From contig NC_043003.1 in assembly GCF_006345805.1 (NCBI RefSeq), positions 101,370,001 through 101,434,000 of the forward strand: DNA of 64,000 nucleotides, in the 5' to 3' direction. The stretch's first letter is position 1, and each line of letters starts with the position of its first letter. The position numbers and the translations under genes were made by a program. Below, piece by piece: positions 24,446-35,697 of the stretch. Origin of the DNA: Octopus sinensis (lineage: Eukaryota). Under the pieces are notes generated by a model. That model had not been told where the DNA came from. It worked only from the letters and a program-made list of their open reading frames with translations, and ran no database searches.

Positions 24446-24463
24446 TGGTGACCCCGACGTGAT
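24446..24463 (+). promoter_or_regulatory. Primer-binding site complementary to the 3' end of tRNA-Trp
   Basis: TGGTGACCCCGACGTGAT lies 1 nt after the 5' LTR. It is the reverse complement of the eukaryotic tRNA-Trp(CCA) 3' end ...ATCACGTCGGGGTCACCA (from recall of that sequence). Confidence 0.85.
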
Positions 24464-25944
24464 TCTGGTGTAAAACCAGAGATCACTTAACAACAAAGAA
24501 ATCCAGTTTTTCTGCCAGGTCGGAACACGATTTAACTCTACGCAGTCATCATCTTTCGACGATTTGTTTCCTGTCCCCTCGGACAGTTATAGAAGGAGCC
24601 TTTTTTATTCTTCAACATAATGACGGACGCCATCATATCATCGATGCTTTTTCTCTGCCTTCGTCATCATCATCGTCGTCTTAGAACTTCACGTCATCGT
24701 TATCTTCGTCGCCATCACCACTAAGAACAATGTTGTCTCAAGTCCACTACAGTCGCCTTCCACCACCACCAGTCGCCTTCAACACCGTCGACACAACAAG
24801 ATGTAAATAGCAACTCGCGGAAGTTTAGCCCACTTGCTGTTTGTGCATGGCACACCAAGGAATTAACAGCCCAGCACTATCTGCGAGATTCTTCTGTTCC
24901 AGTTAATCTGTCACAGCATTGAAGCCACAACCGCTACACGATATGTGTCCAATCGGCATCTGCATTTGTGATCTCAACATTCTGTTACAGAACGAACTGC
25001 TATTGTGCATCAGGCTATTAGAGACTGGTAAATTAACTCCATTGTCTGAGATAGCCCTGAGAGACATTTTTCTATGCGCTGTATTTTTATTTTTGCTCGC
25101 ATTCACCTTGTTTGTATATTCTGTTGCACACACGTACACACACATAAATGCTATCTCTCTCACATACCTACGTCACACATGCTTTTCTCGCTTGTTTTTC
25201 CATGCTAATTTGCCTTTGTGGACACACCTCATTTCTGTAGACCCTAGGTCGGTCACGTATACATAGAGAGGGTTGTTTGTCCATTATAACGCGCCAGCAT
25301 GTCATACTTTTGTTCCTGCACGAACGAGGCATATTCATTGCTGTTTTTCGGTCTGGCAAGCCCTATTGCATTCATGCACCTTTGCTCTGCACGTGTACTG
25401 CCTTGTTTTTGCAACACGTTTGCATTAGCTTAATTCTTTTCCCGACTCAAAGAACGTCGGATGTTCACATGCGCTGCGCCATGTTTTAGGCGTAATTTCT
25501 CCCTGTTAGACCCCTGTTGGTCACGTAATTAACAGAGAAAATGATCTGTGTCGCGCATCACACCAGCATGCTTGCACTGTCTGCCTTTGTGTTACTAGCG
25601 ATCTATCTGTCGATTCCATTTCCTCTCCTGCAGCAATTGATTTAACTGCTATTTCGCAGGACCAACCACCTTTAGAGGAGTTGGATTTAATTTCACCTAG
25701 GTTCATTAACTGTGAGTTTTGCTTCCCTACAGCGGAAGGCTCTATACTTTGTGACGTATCCACCTTCACGCATGCACTTTGATTTTGCTCATTTTGAGTA
25801 TTTTTTCTCTTTTTTCCCTTTTGGTAAATTTCTTGTGTATGTTGTAAATTTTGCCATTTTTATTATATTGTGTGCTATTTGGTTATCTGGTGTCCACCTT
25901 GAGTTTTATAGTCACTACAGGGAATTTTGTGTCGTGCTTCGCAC

Positions 25945-25957
25945 TGGGGCGGAGCTC
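25945..25957 (+). promoter_or_regulatory. Polypurine-tract-like sequence before the 3' LTR
   Basis: GGGGCGGAG immediately upstream of the 3' LTR. Confidence 0.6.
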
Positions 25958-26548
25958 TATAGTGATCCTATATAACGGTGCACGCACGCGCACCGGCCAT
26001 TTCTATTTCGCGTGTGCGGCCTTGGTGCCTTCACCAAGGCAGAGAGGAAGGGCCCTCTCGCGCATGCGCGAAGCCCCGGAAGAAGGACCATTTGCCTACG
26101 TGGAGTTAGCCGAGGCAAGGGGATCGTAGGACGTTGACCACTAGCGTCCAGCAGCAGTCAGTGACTTGAGACAAAACGACCGAGGGCAACGGACGTATAT
26201 TTTCTCGCTGTCCATTTTTGATAGCAGTCGGCCGAAGGCTTTAACCAAATTGTTGCAGACAACATCATCTTCCTCTTTCCGGACGCCATCTTTGACCAGT
26301 GTCGTTAGCATTTGAACACTGTAGATTCTACAGCGATATAGTTCAGCTCTGACACATCTATACCAAAGGGATACCCAGATATACCACTTATTTGTTACTG
26401 TCATAAGAGAATAAAGTAGATATATATTATTTACGTCTGCGTCTTGTTGTTTCCGACTGGTAGAGAATCTGGATTATTAAAGCAACGGAAAGTGATTGCT
26501 TCTCGCACCCCCAAAAGGTCCAGAGAAGATATTCACACTTTCGTTACA

Positions 26549-27886
26549 GATTTATAATGAAATTATTGACAGCATTAGATTGAACCAAGGAAAGCTTTTC
26601 CTTTTGAATGCTCCAGGTGGTACCGGTAAAACTTTCGTTATCAATTTGATTCTCGCAAAGCTGCGCGCTGAACGTCGAATTGCCATTGCATGTGCCTCAA
26701 GTGGTATTGCAGCGACACTGCTTCAAGGCGGCCGTACGGCACATAGTGCATTCAAATTGCCCATGGACATTGGAAAGAAAGATAATCCTATATGTAATAT
26801 AGATCGTAGTTCCTCAAGAGCAAGACTTCTTCGTGAATGCAGTCTTTTTATTTGGGATGAGGCTACAATGAGTAATAAGGCCATGTTTGAGGCTCTTGAC
26901 AGAACTCTCCAAGATTTGCGTCACAATACAAAAATAATGGGTGGAGCTACGTTTCTCATGGCAGGAGATTTTCGACAAACTCTTCCTGTTGTCCGAGCAG
27001 GCACTAGAGCTGATGAGGTTAATGCATGTATAAAGCATTCTTTTGTGTGGCACAGTGTTATCAGTCGCCATCTTCAAACAAACATGAGAGACCACCTACA
27101 TGGTGATGTGGAGTCTGAGGCTTTCGCAAAACACCTATTAGATCTTGGTGATGGAGTTTTGCCTTTCGTTGATGATGAGCATATTCGGTTGCCTTTTGGG
27201 AATTTCGTTCCAAATGTAGAAGAACTTATAAGAGTCGTTTTACCTGACGTCGAAACCAACTTCCAGGATCTCGATTGGCTAAGAGCAAGAGCTATTCTAT
27301 CGCCTCATAATACAACAGCTCATGCTACAAATAAACAAGTACTTGCTATGAATCCTGGTGAGATAGTTTCTTTCATGTCCATCGATACAAATAAAGATGA
27401 GAATGATGCAGTCAAATATCCACCCGAGCTACTCAACAAGCTAACACCTCCGGGACTTCCACCTCATCATTTGTGTTTGAAAGTTGGTGCTCCAATCATG
27501 GTGCTCAGAAATATGGAAATGCCTGAAATATGCAATGGAACCCGAATGGTTATTAGGAGGATTCAAAGCCATGTTATAACTGCTGAAGTTTTGAGTGGAC
27601 CATTTGTAGGAACAATCAAAATGATACATAAAGTGAGTATTTCACCCTCTGATGTTCCCATTCAGTTTAAACGCTTTCAATTTCCGATAAAACTATGCTT
27701 CGCGATGACAATCAACAAGTCACAGGGACAATCACTGGCATTAACCTGTCACAACCGGTTTTCAGTCATGGTCAATTGTACGTAGCCTGTTCTCGAGTTG
27801 GAAATCCACATAAACTCTTCATTCTTGGCAATCATGAGCGCACAAGGAACGTGGTTTATCAGGAGGCTCTGACAAAAGAAAACTGA
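26549..27886 (+). pseudogene. Helitron PIF1-like SF1B helicase domain, one frameshift near the C-terminus
   Basis: GGTGKT (Walker A), DEATM, AGDFRQTLPVV, LQTNMR, PPHHLCLKVGAPIMVLRN, NGTR, QFPIKLCFAMTINKSQGQSL, then in the shifted frame VFSHGQLYVACSRV...NVVYQEAL*. Confidence 0.95.
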
Positions 27887-28843
27887 TTGTAAGTCATGAA
27901 ATTTTGCTTGATTTTTTATTCTGCACCTCTCATTCTTGAAAATAAAGACATTAAAAAGAACATGGTTCATAGAGAACATTGGGTTCAGATGTTTGCAAAC
28001 ATTTGATCCAACTCATTCTCTTTATTCCTCATTTTCCGATTCCTTCTACGTCTCCATTAAACGGTTTTGTCAAGTTATTGTTTCTTCGCTAACATAAGAC
28101 ATTCATAAAGTGAATGAGTTGTTAATTACATTTTATACACTATTCCATTGTTTAGGTGGTGTTGAAAGGACTGGCATGTGTCACCATATAAACTCTCTCA
28201 GTCAAACTCCCAACTCATGAGTTCACATCGTGATACTCTTTCTACAAAACTGAGCTGGGTGTGAATTCTAATTTCATTCACTATAACAGATTTTTTAATT
28301 TTTGAAACAAACACATTGCCTCTTTCGTTTTAAAACAATAAAACAATACTACCTTAATACATTGGTCCAACAAACAAAACATCCAACACTCTCATTCTTT
28401 TATGTATCTGTCTTCCTCCATCACTCACTCACTTTTCTCCCTTCCTTTCACTTTCTATCTATAACGTTGTTTCACAGTGTCTACCTCCCTTACATTCACT
28501 TTCTCTTTATAACGTCGTTTCACAGCGTCCGTTATCCCCCCTCCCTGCCTTCCACAGCGCTTTCACACACTCTCACTCTCTACGTCTGTCTGCATTCATA
28601 GAGAGAATTATCATCGCCACCACGACCACTCAATCATGACAACAAATATTATGAATCAGATATTTATTGGGTTAATTTATATATGTGTGTGTGTATCTAT
28701 ATATAAATATGTATATATAATAATTTTTATATATAAAAAGTGCATATATCTGTATTTATTTATATATATATATATAATTTGTATACATTTATATATATAT
28801 ACAACACTCTTACCCGCGCGTAGAGCGGGTCACCTTCAGCTAG

Positions 28844-30782
28844 TCTCTATATATAAAACTGAAATGCGTTTTTACCGCTTGGATCGCTTTCAATGCCACT
28901 ACATCCCGTCCGATTCGCTCCAAAATTTACAGGGACATGTAGAATGAGGTGACGATGCACGTGAGCTACCTTAGAAATCCCTATCTTAAAAGGTGTGGTT
29001 GCTAGGGGCCATCTTCTTCACTCACACTATTTCCTTCTTTCCCTCTCTTACTCCCCTTCATTTATAACGTTGACAATGTCCACTCCCGTTATTTAATGTA
29101 TTCCCCTCAACTCCCTTTCACTTTGCCTTTATAAGGTCATCAGGCGGCTTTCTTTGATGTATCTGTTTGCATTCATAGGGAGAATTATCATCGCCACAAT
29201 TTATGTATATGTCTTCCTCACTCACTCACTCTTTTTCCTAATGATAATTATCATCGCCACCACCACCACCACCAACACACAATACTCACTCTATTTCATA
29301 CAAACGGCCTTCTTTTATGTATCTGTCTGTGTGAAAGAGAGAGATAACTGAAATTTTTTACTCGGTTTTTGTAGTTCGTGCGTGTGTATGCATGTATGTG
29401 TTGTATGTATGCATGTATGTGTGTGTGTGTATGTATCTATGTATGTGTGTGTGTGTATGTATGTATGTGTATGTGTGTGTATGTATGTGTGAGTGTGCAT
29501 GTATGTATGTACCTTTGTCTGTTTATGTAACGGTCTGCTATGTAGAAATGAGGTTGACTCAATGGAAATGCATACACACACACATACATACACACACATA
29601 CATACACATACATACACACACACACATACATAGATGCAGACCTATGTTAAAAGTGCTGGCATGACAACTATTTTTTTTCCTCAAATGAAAGGCGTGACCT
29701 CTAGGACAAAATTCCTCATCTTATAAAATGTGGCCCCAGTACACCCGAATGAAATCACGTTATATTAACCAAAATGTGAAAAGGGGTATAAATGGGGCTG
29801 GAAGGGGATTAAAATTTAAAGGAGCGGGTGTTTAGGAATTCTCTGTTACATCAAGGTAAAAAATTTGCGCCAGCCTTTTAATCGTCAATGTGTTGCCGTC
29901 CATTATGAAGAAGTTTTGAATGCTTGCCATGGTGAGTCTACTGTTGTGAAAAAGAATCACTTCAAAACTTGGTGTTTAGGGATTTTCTTTTACATCAAGT
30001 TCAAAATTTTACGCCAGCCGTTAACCTGTCAAAACGTTGCTGTCCGTCGTTAAGAAATGCCAAGCAATGCTGACTCAACTACCCTCAGATTCTATCCCTT
30101 CAAACTTTGGTTTCCAATATTTTATTATTTTTATTCAGCTCGCAAGTTCGTCTGTCCCTTTTAAATGTTTGTGTTTTGCTGTCTGCCCTGAAGCAGACCT
30201 TTCCGTTGTTACTGCCTGATATTTATGATTGATCTTTCTAAATATTTTATTTCTCAACTTACTCAAGATATTTTGTTGTTTATAAATGGGAGAGAGATAG
30301 ATAAAGATAGAGAGTAAGAGAAAGCGAGGGAGAGTCCGAGAGAAAGGAAGAGTAAGAGAGTGGGGAAAGTGAGAGAGAAAGGAGAGAGAAACAAAGAGGG
30401 AGAATCATCATCATCATCATCATTTAACGTCCGTTTTCCGTGCTAGCACGGGTTGGACAGTTTGACCAGGGTCTGGGAAGCCAGGAGGCTGCACCAGGCT
30501 CCAGTCTGATCTGGCAGTGTTTCTATGGGTGGATGCCCTTCCTAACGCCAACCACTCTGTGAGCGTAGTGGGTGCATTTTTCGTGCCGCCGGCACAGGTG
30601 CCAGGGGGGCTAGCAATGGCCACGATCGGTTGGTGCTTTTTACGTGTCACTGGCACAGAAGCCAGTCAAGGCGGCGCTGGAATCCGCCACGTTCGGATGG
30701 TACTTTTTACGTGCTGAAAGGAAGCAACAGAAAGTAACAACCACACTCTTACCCGCGCGTAGAGCGGGTCACTTTCAGCTAG
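28844..30782 (+). mobile_element. Non-autonomous Helitron of the same family, directly abutting the previous copy
   Basis: Starts TCTCTATATATAAAACTG at 28844. It has the same 3' hairpin at 30751-30769 and CTAG at 30779-30782 followed by T. The 5' ~200 bp matches 21921-22120. Confidence 0.9.
30405..30716 (-). mobile_element. RTE LINE 3' UTR fragment inside the non-autonomous Helitron
   Basis: (CAT)n tail followed by sequence homologous to 690-1000. Confidence 0.85.
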
Positions 30783-30817
30783 TATATATATATACACACA
30801 TACCTATACATACATAG

Positions 30818-30879
<62 letters not shown>

Positions 30880-30920
30880 GTGTATTATATGTATATATAC
30901 TTACATACATATATACACAG

Positions 30921-30981
<61 letters not shown>

Positions 30982-31164
30982 TAAATAAATGGTACAACGA
31001 GGCACCGATATTTACAGGAAAATAGCAATCGTAATAAATACGACGCTATTGTATAGCTTCACTGCATATATACTAGCAAAGAAGCGTGTGTGCAACAAAC
31101 ATGAAAAAAATTTGTGATGCCTCTCGGAAGAACATCAGAAAAATGGAAAACCTAGAATCGGATA

Positions 31165-31235
31165 ATGCAGTACCGGTTTCAGACTCTTCAAATACGTTTG
31201 ACAACGTAGATTTGATTTATCTTCATCAGCTGCAT
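31165..31235 (-). ncRNA. Apparently intact minimal type I hammerhead ribozyme
   Basis: The reverse complement reads ATGCAG CTGATGA AGA...TCT GAA ACCGGT A CTGCAT: 6-bp stem I, canonical core, extendable stem II, palindromic stem III and GUA cleavage triplet. Confidence 0.88.
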
Positions 31236-31261
31236 ATACCTGGACAAAATTTCATATGTTG

Positions 31262-31335
31262 CCACATTGGTATAAAGAATTTTCAGTTTCACCTATGTAA
31301 TCCTTCTGGCCAGTATATTCGTCTGAACGCCAAAA
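31262..31335 (-). pseudogene. Short PLE GIY-YIG remnant upstream of the hammerhead
   Basis: Minus-strand QKDYIGETENSLYQ; nucleotide similarity to 33795-33845. Confidence 0.6.
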
Positions 31336-31473
31336 CGTTAACAGAACGATAACAGTGAAGAAGTTTCAATGAAAATAATAATGCAATACGAAAGTATTGC
31401 TTTCCAGTAAAAGATAGCCCGTAAGGGTAAAATTATACATATAAAAGTAAATAAATGGTACAACACACACACA

Positions 31474-31550
<77 letters not shown>

Positions 31551-31889
31551 ACATACATACATATCATCATCCTCATCATCATCGTTACCCTCATATATAT
31601 ATATACCCACCTACGCATATATACTATCGAAACCGAAATTATTACCTGATGATGTGTAGTACTAGATATTGTGAGTACTTTATATAGATTTGGGGTGTCA
31701 TTAAATGTAAATTATAATCGAGTCAATGTTTATTTGTTAAAGTTAACAGCAGAAAAGTTGCATGTGTGCGTTCGTCTCTTACTGCGCGAGTGCAAGTGTG
31801 ACCGTCGGAAGCAAAAAACATTTTAAATGATTCAAGGGAAGGAACTCTAACATTTTCTGGTTATTTTCTATTTTACACACTTTTAATTT

Positions 31890-32080
31890 TTTTCAGTTAT
31901 TTGACTACGGCCATGGTAGAGCAGCACCTTTATTTGAGCTAATCGACCCTAGGACTTATTTTTTGTAGGCCCAGGATTTAATCTATCTTTCGCTTTTGAC
32001 AAACCGCTAAGTTACGGGGACGTGATCACACCAGCACCGGTTGTCAATCAATATTGGAGGGATAAACAGACAGAGACGTG

Positions 32081-32113
<33 letters not shown>

Positions 32114-32124
32114 CCACACATACA

Positions 32125-32173
<49 letters not shown>

Positions 32174-32310
32174 GTGTGTGTGTATTCCGTCTATCAAATC
32201 CACTCACAAGGATTTGGTCGGCATGAGTCTATAGTAGAAGACACTAGCCCAAGACGCAAAGACACTGCGGTTCATAGGCAAGCTACTTATCTCACAGCCA
32301 CTCCTACGCC
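31890..32310 (-). mobile_element. tRNA-derived SINE (diverged copy of the 1981-2391 family)
   Basis: Shared head AGCCACTCCTACGCC, shared CAAATCCACTCACAAGG, and shared tail CCGCTAAGTTACGGGGACG. Confidence 0.8.
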
Positions 32311-32315
32311 TATCA

Positions 32316-32346
<31 letters not shown>

Positions 32347-32550
32347 ATATATAATATATATATATATATTAGAAGGTTTGGAGATGATGTACAGAAGAAA
32401 TGATGCACTCAGAAATACGGATGGTTTTTATATTTACAGATATTTGTTTGTATATTACATCATATAACTTATATCATATATCATATATTAGCACTTTCGT
32501 CCATTCTGGTGGATTTCACAAACTGAATCAAGTTCCTGTGGAAAATGTTT

Positions 32551-33060
32551 TGACCATTTTATAATGTTATTGAGTGTGTAGTGGTGGGGAGGGATATAAG
32601 ATAGTACAAGAGGGGGGTGAATGGGGAGAAAGTGAGAGAGAGCGTGTGTGTGTGTGTTTTCGTATCTGAAAGGTGTGTTAAAGAAAAAGAAGGGAAGGAA
32701 GAAAAGGGAGAGAAAGAAGAAGAAAAAATTGTTTTGCTGGTTTCTTTTGTAGTTCATCAGGATGTTTACTCCAAGAGAGGTCTAAGATCTTGGGGGAAAA
32801 TTTGACCATTTTATAGTGTTATTGAGTGTGTAGTGGTCGGGTGGGATATAAGATAGCACAAGAGGGTGATGAATGGGGAGAAAGTGAGAGCATGTGTGTG
32901 TGTGTGCGTGAGTTTTTGTATCTGAAGGAAGTGTTAAAGAAAAAGAAGGAAAGGGAGAGAAAGAAGACCATAAATTATATTTCCTTTTTATCATCGTCTT
33001 GGTGGGTGCCTGTGACTCTGGAAGGGGTGTCGTAGAAGGGAAGAAAGAGGAAAAAGAAAT
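32551..33060. repeat. Imperfect tandem duplication of a ~250-bp purine-rich unit
   Basis: TTGACCATTTTATA...TTATTGAGTGTGTAGTGGT...GGGGAGAAAGTGAGAG at about 32551 and 32802. Confidence 0.7.
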
Positions 33061-33611
33061 CATTGTGTTAGATATTTATACCACTATTCTGTTCTTTCAA
33101 TCCAATGTTTGATTCGTGTGCTTACATGGGATGGAAAATCTGGATTACAAAAACAGGTTTGTTTTATTCACATTTTAAAAGTCAATTTGCTTTGGTGATC
33201 AACAAGAATGTAGAGTACTATACAGTGTACTAAATGCTACATTACGTTTGTTAAATTATAAATTTAAAGCTTTGTCCTTCAATGTATAATGAGCAAAATT
33301 TCATAAGGTCTATACTTGAAAAAGAGACTTTCTTGTGTTGAAGTTACAGATGACAGAATACAACCACTGTGTCTGTTGCCTGATCTTCAATTGATTTAGT
33401 CTAATATCTCACTGATTGACAGCTAAATAAATGTTAAGTTTTATCATACAGAAGTAACTGGTTCCACAAATTAAAGTAAAATGGTTTCATTCAAATATTA
33501 GAATATCATAAACCAAAACATGTGTAGAACTCTGTGTGTGTGTGTGTGTTTAATACAATTTATTTTACAAATTTGGTCCTTCATCTGGTACAGCTTATTA
33601 TAGAGATATTT

Positions 33612-35327
33612 TCAGCCATTCAATTTGGGGGAGAATTTAGTTATGAAGTATTTTTCCATATTCCTCCTGAAGGAGGTGTCATTCTTTGGACATTTGTAGA
33701 AGGGAAAGATCTTAAATTTTCTTTCTCCACATGTATCTAGGTGTTTACACAGTATCTTGCGCAGTTCCTCGTGTTGGACATGTTGGTGAATTCTGGCTCG
33801 TTGGCATAAAGAATTTCCAGTTTCACCTATGTAATCCTCCTGGCACGTGGGGCAGGTTATACAGTATATAACGTTCTGAGTCTTGCAGTTCTTATCTGCA
33901 TTTATTTTAAATATATGACCACTTTTAAATTTCATTTGATTGTCTCCTTCTATGTATTTGTACCCTAACCCACACTCTTTTACAAAGATTTCAGTTTTAG
34001 TTTCTGATGAGAATTTGGCTCCTGTTAGTTGTTTCTTCAGGTTTTATGCAATATTTGTTTAGTATGTTTTACATTTTGGGGTTTGTAAGTCTATTCATAG
34101 GTTTGAATGTATGACTTCAAACATGTTGGCAACTCCAGAGTTGTGTGTGTTTATGAAAATAATAATGTTTTCTTTGTTTTTTGTTTTGGATGTCCTAAGT
34201 TGTGTGATGTCTAGTTGCATTGCTCTTGAGATTCCATTTTTTATTAGTTTAACCCTTTCGTTACTATATTTCTGACCAAATTACACCCCTTATGTGTTTC
34301 AATTAATTTCTAACGTAATCATAAATTTAGTCTGGTTTCATTAAACAACTACAACTTTTTTATTTATCGATATATTAATCTGATTTTTGGAAGATAATTT
34401 AATGAAATATTCTCAACCAATTCTATACTATAATTTTTGTCACAAGTGACTCTATTTGCAGGTAGATACAGGTAAATTCCACAAAATATAAAATTATTAA
34501 AATTTTGTTCAAACATCGCTATAGAAAATGGGTTATTAGCTAATATTCAATTGGGTATACAACAAAATTTTACGATAGAATTTGTTATTCTGGGTAACGT
34601 TCTGATACCCATAATAATATTATGGCAAAATAGGCCTTAATTTCATTTAAGGTTGTGGGAAATAACAAACTATCCTTTCTTTCGCTTTGTTTACGTTTAG
34701 CGTAACGATTTCAAATGGGCTCATTCGAAAAAGTAAAAAGAAATATATAAGGCTTTACTCTCCTGGGAAAGTCTGTGGCTTGGACTAGTTTCTTCAGAAA
34801 AATCACCGAAAGAAACGGTTTTTAAATTTTCACTCCATTCAGGTGCCAATTCGTTTTCTTTATCGCTATCGGAGATCTCAGATTCACTGTTTTCACTTTC
34901 GGAAAATGAAATATCAAATTCATTATCAAATACCATGTGCTTTTTTTTTTTCAGTCATAGAGTTAGATTTATGAAGGTCTTCAGTAGAAAATCCTTCGAA
35001 TTCTGACTCGCTGCTTGATATAATGAAATTCGAATCCATTTTTTGTCAGAATTACAAATTTTGAAAACACAATAGGAACAAATTTTGGAAAACAATCTCC
35101 CAAAATTCACGGAATTAAAATTACACTTCGATTATTGTACAAAACTGTAGTTAAACTGTTTACGAAGTATAATACGTGTTTTCACGAATGTACTGAAGAG
35201 ATTTGCTCTGATATTCTCATTTAAATATGAATAGGTAAATTCGGGCGGCTTTGGGCGGTTTGGTAACGAAAGGGTTAAGGGGGGATTTTTGTTCTAGTAG
35301 GAGGTTTTGAAGTTCATCTAGTCTTAT
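33612..35327 (-). mobile_element. Penelope-like element fragment (RT C-terminus plus GIY-YIG), interrupted by piggyBac
   Basis: The ORF reads NVIYCITCPTCQEDYIGETG...HLDTC...EKYFITKFSPKLNG*. The reading [15 protein letters not shown]|KLIKNGISRA is restored across the piggyBac TTAA site. Confidence 0.85.
34253..35274 (-). mobile_element. piggyBac deletion derivative (1022 bp) with transposase N-terminal remnant
   Basis: TTAA TSD at 34249-34252 and 35275-35278, TIR CCCTTTCGTTAC/GTAACGAAAGGG, and an acidic N-terminus MDSNFIISSSESEFEGFSTED...W...F-x-x-F. Confidence 0.92.
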
Positions 35328-35330
35328 AAG

Positions 35331-35375
<45 letters not shown>

Positions 35376-35415
35376 ATATATATGATATATATATGTATAT
35401 ATATATGTATATATG

Positions 35416-35446
<31 letters not shown>

Positions 35447-35517
35447 GTATATGTATGTATGTATATATATGTATGTATGTATATGTATGTATGTATATAT
35501 ATGTATGTATGTATATG

Positions 35518-35548
<31 letters not shown>

Positions 35549-35614
35549 TATATGCATGTATGTATATATATGCATGTATGTATATATATGTATGTATATA
35601 TATTTATATGCATG

Positions 35615-35654
<40 letters not shown>

Positions 35655-35695
35655 ATATATATGTATATATATATATATATGTATATATATGTATA
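35325..35695. repeat. (TA)/(TATG) microsatellite
   Basis: Visible directly. Confidence 0.95.
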
Positions 35696-35697
35696 TT

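Larger units (their letters stand above)
23854..26548 (+). mobile_element. Non-autonomous Gypsy-type LTR element (2695 bp): LTRs 23854-24444 and 25958-26548, TSD GATT
   Basis: Two 591-bp direct repeats with about 10 substitutions by manual count, TGTA...TACA termini, and GATT at 23850-23853 and 26549-26552. Removing the insert restores the Helitron reading EQREIYNEI. The 1.5-kb interior has no pol. Confidence 0.93.
21921..28843 (+). mobile_element. Helitron (decayed, internally deleted autonomous-type copy) containing a nested LTR element
   Basis: The 5' segment TATATAAAACTGAATTGCGTTTTTACCGC matches the TC-start of the copy at 28844. RepHel coding remnants are present. The 3' hairpin ACCCGC-gcgtaga-GCGGGT (28812-28830) is followed by CTAG at 28840-28843. 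The exact 5' TC is lost in (TA)n. Confidence 0.9.

Noticed and set aside
26496-26548. N-terminal MLLAPPKGPEKIFTLSL of the 429-aa ORF
   Set aside because: It derives from the inserted LTR. The true helicase sequence resumes at 26549, so the ORF is not an intact gene.
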